Source: Lytechinus pictus
Taxonomy: Eukaryota
NCBI RefSeq assembly: GCF_037042905.1
Contig: NC_087245.1
Coordinates: 26,662,001 to 26,726,000, forward strand
DNA: 64,000 nt
Direction of reading: 5' to 3'
Positions 26,517-37,544 of the stretch are shown here, piece after piece. The notes below the pieces were generated by a model. The model saw only the letters and a list, made by a program, of their open reading frames with translations. It did no database searches and was not told the DNA's origin. Both the position numbers and the translations under genes were made by a program. The first letter of the stretch is position 1, and each line of letters starts with the position of its first letter.

Positions 26517-29500
26517 AACAACAAAATATCAGCTTAAAACATCTAGAAGAGAGAACAAAAAAAAAGAAAAAAGAAACAAATGACTTAATTTGATTACAGT
26601 AAATTGTTTACTATCAGGGACTACATGTACAGTACTTAAATTTCAAAGGGCTGTCATGACATCAAGCTGGTTTTAAAGAAATTAGTTTTTGACGAAAATC
26701 CATCATAATGTTGAAAGTTTTCAAAATCAAAGTTGTATTTCTTGTAATTTAGGAACATCAAATCCAAGTTGATACCCCATCATATCTATCATAACACAGA
26801 TTCTATAAATTGTCATTTTTAATGATTCATTATGAATTTTGTCATAGAATATTCAATTTGTACAACCATGCTGCCATGTTGTAGGCCTAGATACATGTAA
26901 ACATGCTTATCAAGTCAACCTCAATAAATTGAGTATTTGTACAAGTCAAATCAATCTTTTTTAGACAAGATTATAAATTTACCAATTTATTATGCAACTT
27001 AATTGGTATTATGAGAACAATTTTATCTTCATTTTATCTCTGTAAGACACACCTATTTTCAATCAATATCCAATGAGAAACACCCTTTTATAGCTCTCTG
27101 AGTCTCTCATCTCTTTCAACCAATGGAAATCCATTCCGCAAGGAGGTGTGGCAAAAGAGTGAGATTGCGTCAATTTATTGACGCAATTTGCGTCTTTACA
27201 GAGATTTTATTTTTTTACGACAATACTCTCATCTCTTTTTCGAAGTCTAGATCTATATCACATCTTTTCAAGCATCATTTCAAAGACAATATTTAAAGAA
27301 AAGTCTTATTCAAAGTAATTCCTGATCATGCTGATTGTACAGGAATAACGTTAAGGTGTTGTTATTCTCAATTAATATATCATTTTTCTTCATTTTCATG
27401 TCAACATTTGGAATTAATTACCTAAAAATATTGATGAAATCAACATCGCGGAGATAAAATAGCTCCTAGATTTTCTAGGCCTACCCTCTTAAATTCATTT
27501 CATTTTTTCATCAAAGCACTAACATGGGCGCAAGAACATCCGCGTTGCAATAGTAAAATACGCAATTGGTACCGGTAAGTCTACGCAGGCACTGCTCTGT
27601 CGCATATCATCTAAGTTACTTGTTAGTATAAAATTTAGTATTTAGTATTAAAATCGTCTGGATACGCAAACTGAAATTTTATCTCAGTCAGAGATTGTCA
27701 ATGTCAATGACAATGGCCAATGCCATCTCAGAATGACTCAGAATACTCAATACCAATTTCATTTTAAGAGATAAAATAAAATATTTTAAAGATAAAATGA
27801 CCTCAGAATACCGGTACCGCCCCTGATTTTTTTTTTCTTCAAACTTTAACTTAACTCCCCGTCAGTTAGTTCAAATTATTCTCCCCCCCCCCCCCTTAAA
27901 TTCCCAGTTCCCTCCCCAGCTTTCAACAATGTATACCCAGTTGTTGTGTGTCCGGACAGGTTGTGTGTCCGGACGATCAATTTTAGAAAGTCATTTGGAA
28001 AAATTTACAAGGGAAGTTTTATCAATTTTTAGTACAAAATGTCAGGAAATATTATAGAGAACAAAATAGTAGATGATTACAACTATTGATTTCGTATTTT
28101 TTAGTGTAATCCAAAGACAAAAAAAGAAGGCTTCAAAAATATAAAGTGTCCAGACACCCGACCCCCCATCCTACTAATGCCTAATGGCATGCCCACCATC
28201 GACGCCCGCCGCGATTAAGCGGCAGCGGAGCTCCTTGTCTCGACAAGCTGTGCTGTCGGCCCGCCGGCTCTCGGGGCTGAGGTGTTGTGACCGGCCGTAC
28301 TCCACTACCAACCAACCAGGTACGTAACTGACTAGTAGTAGTAGTTTAGTAAGAGGCTAAATAATGACAGTTAAGCAAATAACAATAGGGTAATAGAAAT
28401 AGTTTCCTAATCAACAAATGGGGATTATAAAGAACACACGTACCAGAATAAACTGCTTTTCTTTTCAGCTTAACCTTGGGCTTGGGCTTGGCCTTATTTT
28501 CGCCGAGAAACAGTCGACGTCGCAACTACGTACACATACGGTACCGGTACGTTGTTGTTGTTGTTGTTGTTGTCTTGTCGGGGGGGGGGGCCGGGGGCGA
28601 AATTATTTTTCCCACCGAGTTCTGGACCGACATATGAATATTCATGACTTGCGTCTTCGGATTGAGAGTACGCATGCGCATGCGCGTGGACTTGGCCTCG
28701 ACATTCACGTTGCTCAGAATGAATTAGCATCGTCAAATTACCGGTACCCTTACATAGTTACATAGGCCTTATAGGCTTAGATCTATATATACATCCAATT
28801 CTTAAACACTTATCAAACTAGCTGCCATTAATGGCAAGACATGTGCTAGGGTAGGGCTAGCTTAGGCTAGCGCATTAACTTTACCTCAAATCTGGACCTG
28901 TCTAATGCCTAATACTAATAGGAATAGCCGACTAATGCCATGGTTAATTTCGAACTTGTTAATTCCGAACTTTACGTTTGATTAGTTTTGGACCAATATT
29001 AGCTTGTTTACCATGGTTTAATATGTCTAGTCCGTATACAGAACCAGTCCTAGATCTAAAATAAATATCTTAGTTCTAGTCTAGTCTCTAGATCTAGACT
29101 CTGATCTACGCGCTATCAGCATGGAACCACTAGTGTACCAAAGGGGGGGGGGGGGGGCAGACTGCCCCCCTGACGAGTCACAACTGATCCAGGGGACGTG
29201 CCCCCCCCCCTTGAGAAGCCAAATTAATAATTTGTAATGTCAAAATGCAACGAAAAAAGACGTATGTCCCCTCTTTTGAACGTGAAAAAAATCTTTCTTT
29301 TTTTTCTTTTCAAATTTTTTTCAGCTACGAAATCCTTAATTTTGGGTGAAGACGGGGATCAAGATCACTGACGTTAATTTGTGCCTGACGTTAGAATACG
29401 TTCCATGCACGCACTGGTGTACCTAGGATTCTCCAAAAGGGGGGCAAATTTTTTAGAGGATATTTCGTCCGCGAAAAAATGTGACAAGCCCCCCCCCCAA

Positions 29501-29918
29501 AAAAAAGGGTATTCACCCCAAATTATGGATTTCTTAGCTAAAAAAAAAAGAAAAAGATCTTCACGTTCAAAAAAGGGGACATACGTCTTTTTCATTGCAT
29601 TTTTACATTCCAAATTATTAATTTGGCTTCTCAAAAGGAGCACGTCCCCTGAATCAGTTGTGACTCGTCAGAGGGACAGTCTTCCCCCCTCCCCCTTGGT
29701 ACACTAGTGGTTCCATGCTGATACAGCGTAGATCAGAGTCTAGATATAGAGACTATAGACTAGAACTAAGATTTAAAAAAATTAGATCTAGGACTGGTTT
29801 TGTACACGGACTAGACATATTAAACCATGGCAAATAAGCTGATATTTGTCTAAACCTAATTAAACGTGAAGTTCGGAATTAACCAGTTCGAAGTTAACCA
29901 TGGCATTAGTCGGCTATT

Positions 29919-32900
29919 CAGTGTTGTAGTCAAGGCTCAAACCTCCAAGGCCAAGGCTTTAATACCCAAGGTCAAGGCTTCAATACCAAAGGCCAAGGCC
30001 AAGGCATGGAAACCCAAGGCCGAGGCCTGAAAACCTCAAGGCCAAGGCATTTCAAACTTACAATATACAGAACAATGAACTAACAATACTTAGGCGGCAG
30101 ACATCACACATGGTAAAATGTATGTGAGCGAGGGGACTGAGCGAGAAAAAAATTAACCTTTGTACATTTAAAACAAAAATAATTTCATGATAGAGACATA
30201 TTAAAATAATGATATAGTTACCTGTGTACACATAATCCATAATTTTTCTATAGGCGATTTACATTGCAATAATTATTATTACCACGGTCATCTGATCCTG
30301 GCATTCTCAACGTATGTTTTTCTCCATGCACTCCCTGGGACAGGGGCAGCAGAAAATTATCATGGGGGGGGGGGGTCAACGCCAAAAAGGCACCCATTTA
30401 TCAAAATGAGTTTTTTTGTGCAAACAGATACATGTATTTTCAAAATGAGATTATGAACTGCGTGAAGTAATTGTGTGTTTTATAGAAATTAAGTTGAGCA
30501 AAGGCCTTCTAAAATGATTTTTAATTATAAGATAGATATTTTGCTTTAGGTTTTACTTCTCAGCGAGAAAGCATAGCGAGCAAGCGGTTTTGAAAAAAAA
30601 AATCAATTCTGATGTTGTAAAACTTGATTTATGGTCAATTATGGGGCTAATCATTGTTGAAATTTCCTTGCGCGATGTTGCCAGCGCGAATCACCAGCTC
30701 AAACTTCTTGACATGTCGTGTAATAAGACATGGAAATTATTTTATTCTGAGCTGGTTTTGTAATCATGAAAAAGATGTGTATCTAACTAAAAAATAACTT
30801 TGCGCTCGCTAATTCTTTTTATATACTGACCAGTAAAGGAAGCAGTTAATTAAGCAGTTAATTACTGCATTTTAAATAAGATACATAACTCACCAATAAT
30901 AAAAAATAATGCGAGCGCAAAGCGCGAGCTCAAAAATTTGTGATATTCCAACCTGAAAACTGGACATTCTGAGCATTTTTTTGTGAACGGGAAGAGAACG
31001 AGTACAATAATTGATGCGAGTGCAGGAAGCGAGCCAAATAGTTGTGATATTTCAACCATAAAGCAACATTCTATACATTTTTGTAACCATTAGCAGTACT
31101 GTACTAAACAATAATTGATGCAAGCACGATTCAAAATCTGCGATTTTCAAACCTTAAAATGTATTATGTTTTATTATTAAAGAAGGTATTTCTTTTTAAA
31201 AAAGGGCATATTTCATTTGGAAAAAAAAATCCTACAGGGATTTTTTTTTGGGGGGGGGGGGGGGGGGGCAAGAGAGCACAAAGCGCAAGCTAAAATTTTC
31301 AAATGCTTAAACTGAAAATGAGTCATTTTTAGGACTCTTGTCAGTTTTCACATTTTTTTCTGCTTACAACCACTTTTTTTAAACTTTTAATTAATCATTA
31401 ATTATTAATACTTATTGATAATATTAATAATTATTAATTATTAAATTATTTTTTGTTAATTATTATTTCTTGAAACCATATTGACACAAAAACAAATACG
31501 TTGTTTATTTCCTTGTAACTGTAGAGAAATGAGATTCAATGTTGAACGATATATGATTAAAAAGAAGTAAACATTTTTTCCCCTTTGTTTTGTCAATCTG
31601 ACCCAAAACAAATATAAAAATTTAGAAGAGAGATAGATAGAAGAAGAAGTCCCACCACCAAGAATAAACTAAGACAAGGGGGGGAAGGGAAAGGAAAAGA
31701 TGGAGTAAATGTGATATTATTTTTTGAACAATCTATTGCAAAATTAGCTTTTCTTATAGAAAGAGGGGGACAAATTTTGTTCACTCGCTCGCTTCAATCG
31801 CTTTCTTCTTCTTTTTTGACAGAAATTTTGCTCTATATATGCCATGCTTGGCCCCTCAAAGTTTCTGGCTCATCATGCCATTGACATAACCCATTTGGAT
31901 ATGACACAATTGGAGACTGTGTTCAAGTTTACCAAATCTTTTCAGAATATCATTAAGACTTAAAACATTCTTGTTGGCCAAAGAAAATAATACAAGGAAA
32001 ATCCTAATGGAATAGAAATCAACCTTGTTATCGTTCTTTAGAGTTAGCTATGTTTAAAGTATGAAAATTGTTGTCAAAATTGCAGTCAGATGTAAAAATT
32101 ATTCTTGTCATCAAAGCAATATTATCTTGATCATGACCATTATTATTTACTGTCATTATCATCATATGATTTCAACACATTACCAATACATAATGCTATT
32201 TTTCATAACTGATGTATTCTTTGTTTGAATTTCTTGATAATGGTGACAATTACAATTGATGACACTGCTAGTACACTTACTACTGCTGCTGCTACTGTTA
32301 CTGGTGATTGGTAGTATTGACCATTAGTGTTATTAAATATATATTAAAAAAACAATTGAAACATTTATAATTACTTATTAAAACAAATGAAAGTACAAAA
32401 TACAAAATGCCTTGAAAATGCCTTAAAAAAAAAAAAATTCAAGGCTCAAAATCCTCAAGGCCAAGGCCCTCTCGAGGCCAAGGCTTTGAAAAAGTAGCTA
32501 GGCATTAAAGGAGAATGAAACCCTTGAAACCAGCTGAATCCATATCAAAGAGAAAAATCAAAGGAACACATTGTTGAAAGTTTGAGGAAGATTGAATGAA
32601 TAATAAGAAAGTTATGAGCATTTGAATATTGAGATCACTAGTGCCATGTAGATCCTCCCATCGGCAATGCGACCAAGATCTGTGATATCACACACGTACA
32701 ACTCCCTCATTACTTTAGTACTTATTTCACTTATATTCTCACTTTTATAGAGTCTGTCACAAGGTGAGGTGTTCTCTTTATGAGATGACAAGTACAGAGG
32801 TTTCACAACATTATATCATTGATGAATCGTTTGTCATATGATTAGAATGAGCAAAAAGAAATGTTTTGGGGTATATTTTCAGTGTCCAAATGGGAGAGTT

Positions 32901-33125
32901 GTACGTGTGTGACATCACAGATCTTGGTCGCATTGCCAATGGGAGGATCTCCATAGCATTAGTGATCTCGACATTCAAATGCTCATAACTCTTTTATTGC
33001 TAGTCCTATTTTACTCAAACTTTTGTTGATCTTATTTTTTTATTTTTCTGCTTTCACAAAAGCTAACTTGCTCCAAGAGTTTCATTCTTAAGGCCAAGGC
33101 CGAGCATCAAGGCACTACAACACTG
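29919..33125. mobile_element. Non-autonomous DNA transposon inserted in the right arm of the inverted duplication
   Basis: Perfect 12-bp TIR CAGTGTTGTAGT / ACTACAACACTG, with subterminal CAAGGC repeats near both ends. No clean TSD. Confidence 0.8.
32509..33087. mobile_element. TTAA-flanked MITE nested in the 29919-33125 element
   Basis: TTAA|AGGAGAATGAAACCCTTG ... CAAGAGTTTCATTC|TTAA with long internal inverted repeats. It splits the CAAGGC subterminal array. Confidence 0.75.
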
Positions 33126-33131
33126 ATTAGT

Positions 33132-33380
33132 GTAGTAGGTTTCACGGTACACCATGTATCTTTCTTGGGCAGATGTTGGTCCTGAAAAGGACCACCCAAT
33201 CTCGACGTTTCGACAAGTGTGTTCTTGTCGTTTTCTCCTGAGGACGACAAGAACACACTTGTCGAAACGTCGATATTGGGTGGTCCTTTTCAGGACCAAC
33301 ATCTGCCCAAGAAAGATACATGGTGTACCGTGAAACCTACTACACTATTCTTCTTTGTCATGGAAACCTTCAGAAATTAT
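33132..33380 (+). mobile_element. Penelope-like (PLE) inverted pLTR fragment with 13-bp TSD
   Basis: Arms 33128-33231 and 33244-33347 are inverted copies with one mismatch seen. A 33-nt unpaired tail follows (33348-33380). Flanked by AACACTGATTAGT at 33119-33131 and 33381-33393. Carries a hammerhead motif. Confidence 0.75.
33234..33275 (+). ncRNA. Minimal type I hammerhead ribozyme motif 1
   Basis: TCTC-CTGAGGA-C-GACAAG-aacaca-CTTGTC-GAAA-CG-TC-GATA. Stem II is 6 bp, stem III is the palindrome ACGT, and the triplet is GTC. Stem I has one mismatch, and the mirror arm shows the pairing allele GAGA. Confidence 0.75.
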
Positions 33381-34700
33381 AACACTGATTAGTACTAGGC
33401 ATTAATTAGACAGGTCCAGATTTGAGGTAAAGTTAATGCGCTAGCCTAAGCTAGCCCTACCCTAGCACATGTCCATTAATGGCAGCTAGTTTATTAAGTG
33501 TTTAAGAATTGGATATATATATATATAGATCTAAGCCTATAAGACCTATGTAACTATGTAAGGGTACCGGTAATTTGACCATGCTAATTCATTCTGAGCA
33601 ACGTGAATGCTTACGATCGGCACTGGTCGAGGCCAAGTCCACGCGCATGCGTACTCTCAATCCGAAGACGCAAGTCATGAATATTCATATGTTGGTCCAG
33701 AACTCGGTGGGAAAAATAATTTCGCTGTCGGCGGGAGGGGGGGGGGTGCCTGGTGGCGAGTATCTGTATACCCACGTTACTGGGCCACTCTGAGTCTCTA
33801 TTCATGAATGACATTTAATATACCAATGCAAAAATAATGTAACATTACTTTTCAACCTAATATAACTTATTTTTCCCCTTATTTTCCCACCTATATATAA
33901 GCCTATATAGCCCTCTATATAGTTCGTTGTATGCCTTATGATGACCGCCGCTGACCGCTGCATGGGCCCTGGGGAAACTCTCTTTTTAAAATTAGGTCAT
34001 AGGATTCCTGCGTTTCAATTTGCGATAGATTTGATCCCCTTAGTTATACAATGGACCCTAGGGTCCATGGTTATATCTTTTTACTTATAAAGAGAATAAC
34101 ATAAAATTTTCTATGGTTTCATATATAAAGTTTAGATCATATACATACTACTTTACGTATGGATACATATCGATACACTCTGTATTCAGCGGCCCCAAAT
34201 TCCCTCTCCTCTTTATAGTTTGGCCGGATCATCATGTTTTATTTATAATTGTAAAAATGGAACCTATATCTCCCAAGAAAAAAAATTGATGAAAATAAAA
34301 TTGTGAAAATTTTAAACAAAAAACCTTTTATAACACATCTGCATTTAATTACCTCTCGTTAACAGTTAAAGGAAAATGTAACCTCTAGAACAGAACAACT
34401 TGTGTGAAAACAGAAAAAAAACAGATCAACGAAAGTTTGAGAAAAATTGAATGAATAACAAGAAATCTATGAGCATTTGAAGTTTAGGTCATATAGTTCC
34501 TCCTATTGGCGATGCGACAAAAATGTAAATGTGTGATGTCACATGTGAACAACTTTCCCATTGCTTTTGTATATATATATATTGTCATAACTTGACAAAG
34601 CCCTATGGGCGAAAATTCGTTAAAATATTACTGTCCACGGAGTTTTTATACTTTTCTTTGTTTGAACCTATTTATAATCTCCGAGCAGATCATTTGACTA

Positions 34701-34725
<25 letters not shown>

Positions 34726-34732
<7 letters not shown>

Positions 34733-35052
34733 GGCATCCACTCTTTAACATGACTACTGTGTCTTGTACCAAATACTTAGGCGAAAAAATTACAAGACGA
34801 TTTGACGTTGCTGGAAGACCACAATTTAATCGAGCTTTCGGCCTAAGGCCTTCTTCATGGGTTCTATAAACAAAAACGAACGAAACATAATCAATAGTAC
34901 AAAGGGAGGAACAGATGGACATATGAACATATAATACTGATATAATTGAAGATTGAAGGCTCATTGTTGGTGCCCATTGTTGTTCCCTGTGTAGTAGATG
35001 ACATGTTTCGTTCAGGCTTGTGTTTAGTGGTCCAGCCGTCAAGGCTGGACCA

Positions 35053-35056
<4 letters not shown>
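34726..35056 (-). mobile_element. Probable PLE 3' fragment embedded in (TA)n
   Basis: Complex sequence bounded on both sides by TA runs. It has a 14-bp terminal hairpin (35024-35056) and a hammerhead-like motif. Confidence 0.55.
34828..34863 (-). ncRNA. Degenerate minimal hammerhead motif 2
   Basis: Minus strand AACCC-ATGAAGA-A-GGCC-tta-GGCC-GAAA-GC-TC-GATT. Stem II, GAAA, the AGCT palindrome and the CTC triplet are present. The first core C and stem I are imperfect. Confidence 0.5.
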
Positions 35057-35090
<34 letters not shown>

Positions 35091-35205
35091 TATAAATTTA
35101 AAATTTAAATATATATAAATATATAAATATATTATATATATATATATATATATTATATATATGTATATCACTGGTGTACCTAGGATTTTCCAGAAAATAA
35201 ATATA

Positions 35206-35246
<41 letters not shown>

Positions 35247-35456
35247 AATGAGTTGTGACTCGTCAGGGGGGCAGTCTGCCTCCCCTTAGATACGCTAGTG
35301 ATGTATATGTACATAGGCGGATCCAGCTTTTGGCGAAAGGGGGGGGGGGCGGGGCGCACTGCCGAGCGGCGCACATATTTTTGCACTTCACCGGCGCTAT
35401 AAAAGAAAATGTTGAAAAAGGCGTAAAGTCTGACCCTGTCAAATGCTCTTTTCAAA

Positions 35457-35489
<33 letters not shown>

Positions 35490-35542
35490 ATAATGGGATG
35501 AGGCGAGGCCAACTCAACAGATGACGCAGGACACCATTATTT

Positions 35543-35582
35543 GCTTTAGCTTTCGTCTTTTAATTGAGACTTCGTCAGAAGC
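35543..35582 (-). ncRNA. Minimal type I hammerhead ribozyme motif 3 (intact)
   Basis: Minus strand GCTT-CTGACGA-A-GTCT-caattaaa-AGAC-GAAA-GC-TA-AAGC. Full core, stem I GCTT/AAGC, stem II GTCT/AGAC, palindromic AGCT stem III and CTA triplet. Lies in a ~118-bp insert (35493-35610) between TA runs. Confidence 0.8.
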
Positions 35583-35603
35583 GTCTGAAAAACATAAGGA
35601 GAT

Positions 35604-35652
<49 letters not shown>

Positions 35653-35658
35653 GTATAT

Positions 35659-35815
35659 CACTGGTGTACCTAGGATTTTCCAGAAGGGGGGGCAAATTTT
35701 TTGGAGGATATTTCGTCCGCGTTTTTTGTGACTCGTCAGGGGGGCAGGGATACGTCCTCTCCATGAGTTGTGACTCGTCAGGGGGGCAGTCTGCCTCCCC
35801 TTAGATACGCTAGTG
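35659..35815. mobile_element. hAT-like MITE
   Basis: CACTGGTGTACCTAGG ... CTTAGATACGCTAGTG with 8-bp TSD ATGTATAT. Related copies at ~35169-35300 and 29412-29708. Confidence 0.8.
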
Positions 35816-36520
35816 ATGTATATGTACATAGGCGGACCCAGCTTTTGGCGAAAGGGGGGGGGGGGCGCACTGCCGAGCGGCGCACATATTTTTGCACTTC
35901 ACCGGCGCCATAAAAGAAAATGTTGAAAAAGGCGTAAAGTCTGACCCTGTCAAATGCTCTTTTCAAAATGTAGGATTTCCAGTCATGCCATTTTGCATGA
36001 CCACACGCAAATAATATTTCCGGGGGGGGGGGGGCAAGACTCGAAAATTTGGTGCACATCTCACATTTGCAAATTTTTCATAGTTTTCATGAAATGTTAA
36101 GGAAAAAAAATTGTTTTTCACAACAGCAGATCGCGAATGTGCCCCCCCCTTCCCCCTTGCTGCGTACGACCATTCCCTGAAGTCCACTTAAACATATCTC
36201 ATTATAACAGAAAATATACATCAATTTAAACATATAATCTTTCTAAAACATATATAGAGAGAGATTGAAAAACTTATTAAAGAAAGAAACAAGCAAAAAG
36301 TAACACAAATTATGCATGTAAGTGCGATTTCAAAATCTCGTGTATTAACCCTTTTATTGCGATGAGGCCAATACTTTTCTATATTAATAGAGATACAAGT
36401 TTTGTTTTACACAGGGGCGTCGATCCTTTTTTTAAGATTTGGGGGGCAAAATCATGAATCAACTTTCCAAAGGCGCTCGATATCACACAAAACAAACTCA
36501 CACAAACACACACACACACA

Positions 36521-36573
<53 letters not shown>

Positions 36574-37544
36574 GACTCATGAGATAGAAACACATATCTC
36601 ACCAACAAATTAATGCGAGCGCGAAGCGCAAGCTGAAATTTTTTGTTATACTGACCTGAAAACAGGAAAAAGGTGCCTGTTTAGGACTGTTTGTAGTAAC
36701 TCATGAGGAGGATACATATCTCACTAAACAGATAATGCGAGTGCCGAGGGCGAGCTGAAATTTCTTTATATTCTGACCAGAAAACTTGATATTCTATGCA
36801 TTTTTGGTACCAATGATTAAGATGGGTATCTAAAAAAAAACAATAGATGCGAGCGCGAAGCGCGAGCTTAAAATTTTGATAATTTCGATCTGAAAAAATG
36901 AAAGTTTAATGGACGTTTGTAATAAAGAACAAGATTATATCCAGCAAAAGATTATTGCAAATCGAAGCGGGAGTTCTTTTGACGTTTAGTCCTGAAAAAG
37001 GGACATTCTATTCACCTATTTAATCATGAAAAGTATGGGGTTTTGCTACAGAAATGATGCGAGCGCGAAGCGCGAGCTGAAAATTTTTATATTCCAATCT
37101 GAGAAGCGGATAATTTAAGCACGATTTTAAATAAAGAACAAGTTGTGTAGCTCAATCTCAATATACGACTGGTTGCGTAATTATACACTCCCGGTACTAG
37201 CAACGGGTTTTAGCAAAGTTTTGGGCTAAAATATCGAATCATCTTCATAAAACACTATAGTAGCTGTCTTAAACTAAAGGCCATAGAGGTGGCACAATGT
37301 GGAATATGTAAAGAAGAAAAGTGACTGACCTTCTTTTTATTAAAGCATTGGAAAATAAGATCAAAATTAAAGGATTTGCTCTATACGCTTTTGTATGATT
37401 CTGGGATTTTTAAAATAAATTAAAGATTTCATGACATCTGTCATTCTGTGGGCAACTGCCCCGCCCCAGTCCAGTCTGTAAGGGCATGCGATAAGCTTTG
37501 TTATGACCATTCAACAATAAAATGTATAACCAGGTGCCGCTGAT

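Larger units (their letters stand above)
28597..33725. repeat. Large inverted duplication (arms ~700 bp), right arm split by insertions
   Basis: 28597-28920 is the reverse complement of ~33386-33725, and 28922-29310 is the reverse complement of ~29540-29918. Confidence 0.9.

Noticed and set aside
27421..27560. Candidate non-coding first exon of ASB8 (minus-strand donor TAG|GTAATT)
   Set aside because: An upstream exon is implied, but several donors are equally plausible. Not supportable without cDNA.
29170..29200. Other CTGANGA matches (here and at ~21147, ~60658, ~61092)
   Set aside because: No closing stem II followed by GAAA and NUH, so they are not hammerheads.
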